Source of the DNA: a virus
Lineage: Duplodnaviria > Caudoviricetes
Virus record (IMG/VR): IMGVR_UViG_2740891848_000001
Coordinates: 1-64,000 of that record
Length of the DNA: 64,000 nt
Strand: one strand, 5' to 3'
Shown here one piece after another: positions 1-8,285 of the stretch (the first letter of the stretch is position 1; each line of letters opens with the position of its first letter). Below the pieces are notes generated by a model. The model was not told the DNA's origin and made no database searches. It saw only the letters and a list, made by a program, of their open reading frames with translations. A program made the position numbers and the translations under genes.

Positions 1-288
1 TCAGAGATCCTCGACCGTCGAGCCTTCGACTTTGCCGTCGATGATGTCCGCGCCGTACTGACTCGCGCTGCGTTTCGCGACGCCGAAATCGGAGAACGTG
101 GACGGCAGCACGAGACGAAATACGCGGCTGGCCTTCGAGCCGCTGATGGCGCCCGGCCGGCAGACGCGTACCGCAACGTCGTAACCTTCGGCATGACGCT
201 TGTGACCGTCGAACTTGTCGAACTGCCGCGAAAACACCAGCGGATGAACTTCGAAGTCCTTATAAAGGGCAGGATAAAGTTGGGCCAT
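1..288 (-). CDS. hypothetical protein, probably host chromosome side of the prophage junction
   Basis: Complete 95-aa ORF with stop at 1-3; lies outside the predicted att site; no recognisable motif. Confidence 0.55.
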   Translation of the reverse strand: MAQLYPALYKDFEVHPLVFSRQFDKFDGHKRHAEGYDVAVRVCRPGAISGSKASRVFRLVLPSTFSDFGVAKRSASQYGADIIDGKVEGSTVEDL

Positions 289-539
289 GATGAATCCCCG
301 ATAAGCGTCAATGTGATCCCACTATACGCCGCGGCATGACCGGATCGGGCTTTTATTTTTCCCGGCCGTCGAGGCAATTTTCACCGTCGCTCGTCTCGCG
401 CGATAAGATGCGGGTCTATCGGAATCAGCCCGATCCTGCCAATCCGAATTCGGGTCGCCAGACGGGCAGTTAACGCAAAATAAAGCAGAAACGAGGGGAC
501 AACTCCCCACCAAGCCTTGCCCAGCAAGAACGTGAGAAC

Positions 540-665
540 TTCATGAAAATCGCCACCTGGAACGTGAATACAGGGTTTTTGGCGATTCGCAACGTTTCAT
601 GAAAACCGATAAAATCCCCGCCCAGCAAGGATTTACGGTTCATAGTGTTTCATGACGTTTCACTA
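540..665. repeat. putative att core and integrase arm-type sites
   Basis: Inverted repeat AATCGCCA (548-555)/TGGCGATT (580-587); direct repeats TTCATGAAAA (540, 596) and GTTTCA (594, 647, 657). Confidence 0.55.
543..602 (+). pseudogene. xth: 5' remnant of exodeoxyribonuclease III gene interrupted by prophage (att junction)
   Basis: ATGAAAATCGCCACCTGGAACGTGAAT encodes MKIATWNVN, the conserved ExoIII N-terminus, preceded by GAGA; sequence then diverges and stops after 19 codons. Confidence 0.7.
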
Positions 666-680
666 TACCGCGTGATTTTC

Positions 681-729
681 TGGTAGCCAGCATGGTAGCT
701 AGACCGCTTATAATCGCCTCTAGCTACCA
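681..729. repeat. TGGTAGC repeats and 11-bp inverted repeat upstream of integrase (arm-type or regulatory sites)
   Basis: TGGTAGC at 681 and 693; TGGTAGCTAGA (693-703) is the reverse complement of TCTAGCTACCA (719-729). Confidence 0.55.
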
Positions 730-745
730 CCACAGAAAATCAAAA

Positions 746-2020
746 ATGCCACGCATCTTTCACGCTCTGGACGATGTCCAGATTCGCCATTGGATTGCCA
801 AAGGCGAGCCGGTTGCCAAGGCTGACGGCGACGGTCTGACCTTCACGCTCTCATCAAACGCTACCGCTACCTGGGTGCTGCGCTACAGCCGCGGCAAACG
901 TCGCCGCGAACTCACGCTCGGCAACTACCCGGATCTGACCCTGGCCGCAGCGCGCAAGGCCGCTCGTGCGCACCGCGTTGCTATCGACAATGGTGAAGAC
1001 CCTGCGGCCGACAAAAAGGTGGAGAAGGCGCGCACGGCCGAGGCGATCACCGTCAACCAGCTGTGCGACGACTACGTCGAGAAGCAACTGGAAGGACTCG
1101 CTGCCGTCACCGTCTACTACCGCACTTGGGACATCGACAATATCGTGCGCCCTGGCCTCGGATCGCTGGAGGTCCGCAAGGTCACGCCGTCCGATATCGT
1201 CTACATCATTGAAAACTCCAAGCGCTCGTGGACGGTATGCAAACGGATGCTCACGACGATGACGCAGCTCTTCGACCATGCGGCCGGTAGGAAAGTCATT
1301 CAGACCAATCCCACCTTCGGCATCAAGCTGAAGTCGCTCCTCGGCAAGCGCCCCCCAGTCCGCAAACGTCTCATGCTCAGTGAGGGGGAACTGCGCAAGC
1401 TGCTTCCCAACATCGACGAAACGATCGGCCGCGAGAATGGGCTGATGCTGCGCATCCTTCTTGCAACTTGTGTGCGGACGAACGAACTCGTCATGGCAAA
1501 GAAGGAATACATCGACCTGAAGCGCGGCAGCTGGTGGGTCTACGACGAGACGGTCAAGACACGCAACGGTTTCCTGGTCCCTCTGGTCCCCGTCATCGTC
1601 GGCTGGATGAAGGAGCTGATCACCCTTTCCGGCGACTCGGACTGGCTGCTACCCGTACGCAGCGGGAAGCGCCGCAATAGGCTTGGCGAGACCCACATCG
1701 GCAACACGACACTGTGGGCTGCGATTACGCGAGCGTTCGAGGCCAACAAGCTGGAGATGCGTCGGTTCACGCCGCACGACACCCGCAGCACGGCGAAGAG
1801 CCATATGCGTGACATGGGCATCTCGAACGAGATCAGCGAGATCGCGTTGAACCACAAGCTGAAGGGGATGGAAGGGATCTACGATGTGCGGGAAGAGATC
1901 CCGGAGCGTCGGCGGGCGCTGGAGTTGTGGGCAGCGTTCATCGCTGACTGCTGCGACGGGCGCGAGCCACAGACAGAACGCCCGTCGAACGTCGTCCCGA
2001 TGATGAGGAAGGTGGGATGA
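746..2020 (+). CDS. int: tyrosine recombinase/integrase with N-terminal arm-binding domain (P4-like/IntA type)
   Basis: N-terminal DGDGLTF...WVLRY...LTLGNYPDLTLAAAR arm-binding signature; catalytic R (CVRTNE), HDTR, LNH and Y (IYD); ATG at 746 chosen over 692. Confidence 0.95.
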   Translation: MPRIFHALDDVQIRHWIAKGEPVAKADGDGLTFTLSSNATATWVLRYSRGKRRRELTLGNYPDLTLAAARKAARAHRVAIDNGEDPAADKKVEKARTAEAITVNQLCDDYVEKQLEGLAAVTVYYRTWDIDNIVRPGLGSLEVRKVTPSDIVYIIENSKRSWTVCKRMLTTMTQLFDHAAGRKVIQTNPTFGIKLKSLLGKRPPVRKRLMLSEGELRKLLPNIDETIGRENGLMLRILLATCVRTNELVMAKKEYIDLKRGSWWVYDETVKTRNGFLVPLVPVIVGWMKELITLSGDSDWLLPVRSGKRRNRLGETHIGNTTLWAAITRAFEANKLEMRRFTPHDTRSTAKSHMRDMGISNEISEIALNHKLKGMEGIYDVREEIPERRRALELWAAFIADCCDGREPQTERPSNVVPMMRKVG

Positions 2021-2026
2021 ACGCGG

Positions 2027-2638
2027 TTACCACGGGTGTGTGAGACCGTGCTGTAGCTGTATGTGTGACGCCATCCCAGCGTCCGTTCCCTGGGCGAGAC
2101 CGCTAAAAAATTTCGCTGTTTCTCGAAGTACTTGGCACGTCAGGCGAGTCGTACCTTGCGAGTCTTGATTCCATGAGTACGCCGGCATGGTGAAACCGTG
2201 AGCGAAGCTATGTCGCACCTTGAACACTTGGTTTAGACGTTCACGGACGTGCAGTGCTGAGCCAGTGACGGCCCCTCTCAATCGGACACTCGACCAGTGA
2301 GGCCAAGGATCAAAACCGGTGTACTCCAAGCAAAAGTTTCTGGTGTTTTCGCTATTTGGCGTGTTCAATTTCTCTCTTGCCGCAACCATTCGGTCTCGTG
2401 CTATTGCATGCATTGCATGATAGCTCTGATCTAGTGGTTTTGCGGTAGCGACGTAATAATCCTCGGCCAGTGCTTTGACGTAGGCGTCCCAAGCCGCAGT
2501 TTGTGCCGCCAGCGCCGCGTGCAAAAATACAGATTTGGCAGATTGGTCCGCCTTTTTGTTCATCTTCGCCGCGTGCTCGACAAGGTGCTCAGCCTTATCT
2601 CTCAGCGCAACAAATCGGTTAAAAGCGCTTGACGGCAT
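2027..2638 (-). CDS. HEPN-domain protein (RiboL-PSP-HEPN-like), predicted endoribonuclease
   Basis: Helical 203-aa protein with Rx4H motif RHSFAH; start is 2 nt after the stop of the ParA-like gene. Confidence 0.75.
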   Translation of the reverse strand: MPSSAFNRFVALRDKAEHLVEHAAKMNKKADQSAKSVFLHAALAAQTAAWDAYVKALAEDYYVATAKPLDQSYHAMHAIARDRMVAAREKLNTPNSENTRNFCLEYTGFDPWPHWSSVRLRGAVTGSALHVRERLNQVFKVRHSFAHGFTMPAYSWNQDSQGTTRLTCQVLRETAKFFSGLAQGTDAGMASHIQLQHGLTHPW

Positions 2639-2640
2639 TT

Positions 2641-3678
2641 TTAAAACCGATTCACGAGCTTCGCCAACGCGGTTTTATAGTTTCGAAGCGGCTCGGGATT
2701 TACCTGCACACGCGTCCCATTGATGACCTTGGGGCCGGCCTTCATCCTATGCAGCGGCGTGCCGGTCAGAGCCGAAACGATTGATGCACTATGATAATCC
2801 GGAATGTCCACAAAGCGCTCATCGACCTCCACTTGAGGCGACGCAAACAAGGTTCTATGCTTCTTCGCCAATCTACCGATCGTCTCGCGAATGCCGATGT
2901 TCGCGGCCTCGAATGCTTTACTCGGAACCCCGTCAAACAGCGTGACGCGATTTGAAATAAACGTGTGGAGCTTGGGAAGGTCTATACCCTCCTCCCTCGC
3001 ACGTTTATAAAAACTAAGTCTCGCAAAACTAGCTATATACTCGTCACCTTGGCCATACAACAACGCAATGATATTTTCCATTCCGCGACGGGAACTCTCG
3101 TCGGCTGTAAACGGAACAACTAGGTACTCAGATGCGGCAATCGCCAGTTGCGTATAGACGGCGAAACTTGGATTGCAGTCGAAAAAGAAGACTGTCTCGT
3201 TCTCTCTGGACTCGCGCAACTCATCCTTCAAATCCTTAATCCAGTAGATCACCTTCTTCCACGAGTCGATGGGTACTGAGAGTTGTGAAGTCTGACGCAC
3301 GGCTTCGCCCAGCACCTCGACCAGGTTGTCGCCGCATACAAGAAAGAGATTTTTAGGGATCTTATCGTTCCATTTTGAAGCTTGGACAGCGTATTTAGCT
3401 GAATCACGTATCTGCATAAACGGGGAGTTGAGCCGCTTCTCCAAATACCCCCCGACACTAATCCGCTCCGTTCCCCCGAGCAACTTCCTCAGTGCAGCGC
3501 CGCCCGATAGCTGACCACCAAGTAACGTTTCCGAAACGTTAGCTTGCGGGCAGAGATCGATGACGAACACGTCGATGTCTGGATGCAAGTGAGCGTACTC
3601 ACAGGCACCGATGAAGCAAAGATAGCTTTTCCCAACGCCACCCTTGTTGTTCCAAAAAGCATAAGACGACATTGACAT
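2641..3678 (-). CDS. ParA/MinD-family ATPase
   Basis: Deviant Walker A NNKGGVGKS, IDLCPQANVS and FFDCNPS motifs; start set at ATG 3678 after AAGG. Confidence 0.85.
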   Translation of the reverse strand: MSMSSYAFWNNKGGVGKSYLCFIGACEYAHLHPDIDVFVIDLCPQANVSETLLGGQLSGGAALRKLLGGTERISVGGYLEKRLNSPFMQIRDSAKYAVQASKWNDKIPKNLFLVCGDNLVEVLGEAVRQTSQLSVPIDSWKKVIYWIKDLKDELRESRENETVFFFDCNPSFAVYTQLAIAASEYLVVPFTADESSRRGMENIIALLYGQGDEYIASFARLSFYKRAREEGIDLPKLHTFISNRVTLFDGVPSKAFEAANIGIRETIGRLAKKHRTLFASPQVEVDERFVDIPDYHSASIVSALTGTPLHRMKAGPKVINGTRVQVNPEPLRNYKTALAKLVNRF

Positions 3679-3909
3679 CCTTATCGTTGTAGACGGACAC
3701 CGCCCGGGGCGTGTATCCGCGCGTGAGGGCACATTACTAGAAACAAAAGCTTTGGACAATGACCGCTAGGTGACTCTCATTTGAAGAGTCCGCGGTGACG
3801 GCGACGTCGAACCCGACACTCCGACCACGATCGGCCACATCGAGGGTCGATTGTTGGCGACGCCCGATGCATCCAACATCATCATTGGCCGACGCATTCC
3901 CCCTGAACA

Positions 3910-5085
3910 TCAGTCCTTCTCAATCCAGTTCCCTTGCTCATCGTAATTCTGCGATCCAGAATACCCGAACGCATTCCAAACCATGTCAAACGCCGGTCTC
4001 AACGACTCGAAGGCCGGCACAGTCGGATCGGTCAAAACAATCTCCGGCAGCAAGATGATATTTCGATCTGGTAATCGAGGAAAGAAACCGAAGCCGTCAT
4101 TGGGGACTATGAATCTGTATCCCGTAAGGTCAATGAACGACAGGTACACATAGAAGGGTGCAGAGACATCCATCTGTCCGAGAAGCCCGAGATATCGCTG
4201 AACGGCGTTCCACGCGTGTTGCTCATAATACCTGCTGTGGATGTCCTTCTTCGTCTCACCGCCCGCAAAGACCTCGACGGCCTCGACAATACCGGCGCGA
4301 AATATTTGCGTGTAAGCATGGGACTTTCCCTCGGCATCGGGGTTCGTGTAGTCCACGATACCTTCAAGATTGATCGTCGAGTTTTGAAATTGCGTACGTC
4401 CAAGGGGGTGAAACTGCCTCAGTTGTTCGCTATAGAATCGCATATCTATCTGGTTCCGCCCGGCGAAGGCCGAGAGAGGGATGATATGCACGGCCATCTT
4501 GCATCCGACGTGGATCGGAACCGGGGTGCGGTACTCAAGAATTCGCCCCACGCGATCATTGCGGAAGTCCTCGATTCTCTGGGCAATGGCATCCGACAGG
4601 GCGAATGCCACCCTCAACTCGGCGACGTCCATCTCGAATTTACCCGACGAGTGTCGAGCATAGAATGGACCGCTGTCCCGGACCGTCACGCGGTGAGGAG
4701 CCGCCCAACTCTTAGCCACCCGCACTAGCAGCACTTCCCCGCCTGGCACCGGTATCAGTTTCAACTCCAACTTCGGCAGACGCGGTTCGATCCCGGATCG
4801 GATCATGCTTTCCAGCCGCAATTTCAGCTGGTCGGCGATTACCACCCCGATCCCCGGGATGGCGACCGGAATACCGTCACGGGCATCAATCCCATAAAGA
4901 AGATCTCCACCGTCAGTGTTGGCAAAGGAGGCAACTGCGGCCAAAAATGCGTGCTTAGCCTTATCGCTATTGTCCGGCAAGCCGCGCTTGTACTCCAACG
5001 CCTTACTCTCAGACACGCCGTTGTCGCGCAGTGTCAGAAGGTCGTCGTAGCTGATCAGGTCAAACGGCGTGGGAATCATCGACAC
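3910..5085 (-). CDS. AlbA_2 (Schlafen-like) domain protein
   Basis: N-terminal ESKALEYK...VASFANTDGGDLLYGI and APH...FYARHSSG motifs typical of AlbA_2; uncharacterised C-terminal domain. Confidence 0.85.
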   Translation of the reverse strand: MSMIPTPFDLISYDDLLTLRDNGVSESKALEYKRGLPDNSDKAKHAFLAAVASFANTDGGDLLYGIDARDGIPVAIPGIGVVIADQLKLRLESMIRSGIEPRLPKLELKLIPVPGGEVLLVRVAKSWAAPHRVTVRDSGPFYARHSSGKFEMDVAELRVAFALSDAIAQRIEDFRNDRVGRILEYRTPVPIHVGCKMAVHIIPLSAFAGRNQIDMRFYSEQLRQFHPLGRTQFQNSTINLEGIVDYTNPDAEGKSHAYTQIFRAGIVEAVEVFAGGETKKDIHSRYYEQHAWNAVQRYLGLLGQMDVSAPFYVYLSFIDLTGYRFIVPNDGFGFFPRLPDRNIILLPEIVLTDPTVPAFESLRPAFDMVWNAFGYSGSQNYDEQGNWIEKD

Positions 5086-5098
5086 ATGCCCCTAGGTA

Positions 5099-5127
5099 TG
5101 CGGTGAGGTTAAGTTTACCTCACCGCA
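5099..5127. terminator. stem-loop between the phage leftward operon and the AlbA_2 gene
   Basis: TGCGGTGAGGT/ACCTCACCGCA perfect inverted repeat; no clear U-tract. Confidence 0.45.
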
Positions 5128-5176
5128 CCGCGCATGGTCGGCCTGGTTCAAACGGCGACCTGCGGACGCCGCATTT

Positions 5177-5479
5177 CTAATACCCCCGACAGGTATATGA
5201 CAATCGTCGCCGCAACCACCGCGCCTTCCTCGCGATCAGCGCCCTTCGCTGCTGCCGGCGCACGAGCCACAGCGTGACCGGGATCCCGAGTGGGCTGGTG
5301 ACCAGCAGCAGCACGCTGGCCACCCACACGAGGATCCACGCGAATAGCTCCCGTAAATGCTCACCGACCTCGCGCCACTCGACGTAGAAGATCCAGTTGG
5401 TCAGGAACGACCTGAGCAGGATTTTTAGCGGGTCGCGCAAAGGTGGCATCTCTGGATACCGATCGTCCCAATAGCTCAT
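5177..5479 (-). CDS. hypothetical membrane protein
   Basis: 100 aa with hydrophobic stretch LFAWILVWVASVLLLVTSPLGIPV; 4-nt overlap with upstream gene. Confidence 0.6.
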   Translation of the reverse strand: MSYWDDRYPEMPPLRDPLKILLRSFLTNWIFYVEWREVGEHLRELFAWILVWVASVLLLVTSPLGIPVTLWLVRRQQRRALIARKARWLRRRLSYTCRGY

Positions 5480-5817
5480 GCTTTGACCTCCAGCACGTCC
5501 ACCACCTCGGGTTCGAACTCAAAGGGTTCGTACCGAACGAGCTTGATGCCCCACGAACCGTCGAGCGGCGGGAAGCCCTCAACCTGTCCGTGATTGAACT
5601 GGCCCTCGGGGTCCATGTGCTCGACGCTCTGCTGCATGAACTCAGCACAGAGCAACTTCAACACCGCGTCGAGGACCGTGCAACGGTAGAGTCGATCTTC
5701 CGGGTTCGACCAGAAGTTGTTCAGTTCGTGCAGCTTCTCCTCGGTCAGGATGGCATGGTCGATCTCGACGACCATGTCGTAGCCATCGGCGTAGGTGAGT
5801 TGGTGTTGCTTCTTCAT
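5476..5817 (-). CDS. phage hypothetical protein
   Basis: 113 aa, coupled by ATGA overlaps on both sides. Confidence 0.65.
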   Translation of the reverse strand: MKKQHQLTYADGYDMVVEIDHAILTEEKLHELNNFWSNPEDRLYRCTVLDAVLKLLCAEFMQQSVEHMDPEGQFNHGQVEGFPPLDGSWGIKLVRYEPFEFEPEVVDVLEVKA

Positions 5818-6056
5818 GACTTCTTCTCCGAGACCTTCTTCTGACGGATCGCCTCCAGCAGCGCTCGCTCTTTCGTCTTGTCACGCTTCGGCAGCGCGGC
5901 CCATGCGAGGTAGTTCTGGCCGACTTCGCCGCTCCATGTGCCTGTGATCGCGATGCCGCCGATCGTCAGCAGCAGCGTCTTCGCCCCGATATGCTCGGGC
6001 TTCTCGTACACCCACTCGACGACTGAAGCCGACACGTATCCTTTTCCAAGGGTCAT
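5814..6056 (-). CDS. phage hypothetical protein
   Basis: 80 aa, coupled overlaps; WAALPK ending resembles small conserved phage proteins. Confidence 0.6.
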   Translation of the reverse strand: MTLGKGYVSASVVEWVYEKPEHIGAKTLLLTIGGIAITGTWSGEVGQNYLAWAALPKRDKTKERALLEAIRQKKVSEKKS

Positions 6057-6316
6057 CGAAGCACTCCCGCAGCAATCGACACCGGCACTGCGGATTCTTC
6101 AGCACGCATCTCCTGCCAGCGTGTCAGCGTGTCGATGGCTTCCTGGATGTCCTTGTCGATGCTCTTGCCAGCTCCGCGCCCGCCTGCAACCAGCAGCTTC
6201 TTGATCGCGTGGCCGAGTGCCTGGTCGGTCACGTTGAACAGCTGCAACATCCGGTAGACATCAACCTGATCGTAGGGGCAGTCTTTGAAGTAATGACTAT
6301 GCTTGCGGGTCATCAC
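6053..6316 (-). CDS. conserved phage hypothetical protein (DUF3310-like)
   Basis: HY...GHAIKKLL..G.RG.K...KDIQEAI pattern. Confidence 0.6.
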   Translation of the reverse strand: MMTRKHSHYFKDCPYDQVDVYRMLQLFNVTDQALGHAIKKLLVAGGRGAGKSIDKDIQEAIDTLTRWQEMRAEESAVPVSIAAGVLR

Positions 6317-7284
6317 GCCTCCACACGCGGGTATTCCTGCTGGTTCTCCATCGCAGCCTCAACCTGCATGCGCAGCGCGTCCTTCTGCGTGCGCGACAGC
6401 GGCTGGCGGAAGAACTTGATCAGCTCTTCGTTCGTCAAGTCACGGCGCAGGCGCGGCCCCGTGTACTTCGGCAGCGATGCCTCGACATCCTGACGGTGCT
6501 GACGCCAGCCGCGCAGGTTACCGAAGCGCTGCTTCGCATCGACTGCCGGCGTTGCCTGGTGTTCGGTCGGCGAGGCGTGGATCGGCTGAGCGCCGACGAG
6601 CTTGCTGTAGCGCTCCCGCTCCTTCTCGATCGACGGGTTGCCGTCGAACGGGGTGTAGCTGATACGGGCGCAGCGCGCGACCGACAGCTGGATCTGGTCT
6701 TGGAGTGGCAGCGTGTGACGTTCTTCGGTGAGAACATACGGGAGATGCCACTGGCCACCGGTGAGGACTTTCGGGACACTCAGTTCGATGGCGACCATGA
6801 TCTCGATTGCCAGGTCGCGCATCGTCGGATCTGCGTCTGGGTGGCAGCGCAGAAGATCGAAGTTGTCCCAGTCCGTGCCGCTGATTGCCGCGTCAACGTA
6901 CTGGTGCGCTTCGGTCACACGGTTGGCAATCTGCTTGTGCGCGCCGAGCTTCATCATGCCCCAGCTGATCGCTGCGGAGGCCTTGGCGTGAGCACGCCAC
7001 AGCGCTTGCACGCCGAACAGACGCCAACCCGACAGCGGTGCTCCTGCCTGCATACCCGCCTGGTTGCTGCCCCACTCGGTCGGACAAGCCGGGTCGCTCC
7101 AGATTTGCTTGAGCATGGTTTTGACCGGCTTCGCACGCGAAGAACCTGCGTTCTTCGACAGCGCGCGATGAGTGTTCATCTCGGCCAATACGATGCGAGG
7201 GTAACGGACTTGAACGGTGGTGAAGCGAACGCCCGCGAGCGAGATCGAATCTTCGATCACCTTGGCCAGAATAGTAGGTTTCAT
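6313..7284 (-). CDS. thyX: flavin-dependent thymidylate synthase-like protein (phage ThyX type)
   Basis: NTHRALSKNAGSSRA matches the ThyX RHRx7S-type motif; HKQIANR, SVARCARISY and HASPTEHQA motifs. Confidence 0.75.
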   Translation of the reverse strand: MKPTILAKVIEDSISLAGVRFTTVQVRYPRIVLAEMNTHRALSKNAGSSRAKPVKTMLKQIWSDPACPTEWGSNQAGMQAGAPLSGWRLFGVQALWRAHAKASAAISWGMMKLGAHKQIANRVTEAHQYVDAAISGTDWDNFDLLRCHPDADPTMRDLAIEIMVAIELSVPKVLTGGQWHLPYVLTEERHTLPLQDQIQLSVARCARISYTPFDGNPSIEKERERYSKLVGAQPIHASPTEHQATPAVDAKQRFGNLRGWRQHRQDVEASLPKYTGPRLRRDLTNEELIKFFRQPLSRTQKDALRMQVEAAMENQQEYPRVEA

Positions 7285-7328
7285 CTTCGGTTCAGGGCCG
7301 GTGGTGGACGGCCCCTCCTGTTTATCGT

Positions 7329-7904
7329 TTAGGAGTTGCGTGCGTCCAGACCGCCCTTGTCTGCTCTTGCTTCAGCAGCGACGTTCGAGTAGGCATCGGG
7401 GAAGCGTTCGCGGAGCTTGGCGATGTTTTCCTCCATGATCTCTTCGATCGAGAAGGCAAGTGCATCACATGCGTGTGCTACCGCACAAACGATGTTGAGC
7501 AGCCCGCGCATAATGGACTCTCTCGACGACGCATGACCCAAGTTCGGAAGACCGAAGGCGATGAACCCGGTCTCGATGGACAAGCGGAAAGAAACCAGCT
7601 TCAGCTTCTCCGTGAGCGAATGGCTGTCGAAGTCGTCGAACAGAAATTGATACTCCGGGATGGTGTAGTTCAACGCGTCACACGCGATTGCAACGTACCA
7701 GAGTGTGTCGCCCAGTTCTTCGCGCATGTTTTTGATGAACTCAGGGCTGATCGCCTTACCGTAGATCGCAACCCTTTTCACTGTGGTGGTGAACTCGCCT
7801 CCTTCGGTGGCCAGACCGAGGATGGCGTGCTCAAGGCGCAGAGAAGCCGTGGCCAACGGCTTCTCTGTGCGGAGAGCGAGCGGAACATATTGCTGGAAGT
7901 TCAT
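7329..7904 (-). CDS. MazG-like nucleotide pyrophosphohydrolase with a degenerate internal duplication
   Basis: GLATEGGEF...EELGDTLWY MazG motif; ACDAL repeated; C-terminal NIAKLRERFPD. Confidence 0.8.
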   Translation of the reverse strand: MNFQQYVPLALRTEKPLATASLRLEHAILGLATEGGEFTTTVKRVAIYGKAISPEFIKNMREELGDTLWYVAIACDALNYTIPEYQFLFDDFDSHSLTEKLKLVSFRLSIETGFIAFGLPNLGHASSRESIMRGLLNIVCAVAHACDALAFSIEEIMEENIAKLRERFPDAYSNVAAEARADKGGLDARNS

Positions 7905-7927
7905 GGTCTATCTGTAGTGGTGGTGAA

Positions 7928-8275
7928 TCAATAAGTCTCGGGCGGCGCTGTGAACCACAGCCGGCGCGCGACGACTTCCTCAACGGGGAAGGCATACTGG
8001 ATTAGGTAGCCTTCATCCATCTTCTGCATAAGCGTCAACTCCCCCTTGTCGTGCTTGATCTTGGAGATTGCCAACCGTCCAAGATCCGTATCGGGCCAAC
8101 GACGCTCGGCGCGGTTGCGTCGAGCGATGATGTGGGAGTAGTGCTTCGGGTCTCCCCAGCCCGCGAGCGGTAGCTCGCGCATCACTTCAGCAACACGCTC
8201 CACGGTGGTGTCGAGGAGCGTAGCGATGTCGGGTGGGGTGTAGTTCTGATTCAGTAGAGTCTTGATGTTTTCCAT
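7928..8275 (-). CDS. phage hypothetical protein with possible N-terminal HTH
   Basis: 115 aa; PPDIATLLDTTVERV resembles an HTH. Confidence 0.6.
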   Translation of the reverse strand: MENIKTLLNQNYTPPDIATLLDTTVERVAEVMRELPLAGWGDPKHYSHIIARRNRAERRWPDTDLGRLAISKIKHDKGELTLMQKMDEGYLIQYAFPVEEVVARRLWFTAPPETY

Positions 8276-8285
8276 ATCGCTCAGT

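Noticed and set aside
2641-3678. Plasmid-prophage partition system
   Set aside because: No ParB or parS repeats; the element is integrated and the ATPase is coupled to a HEPN gene
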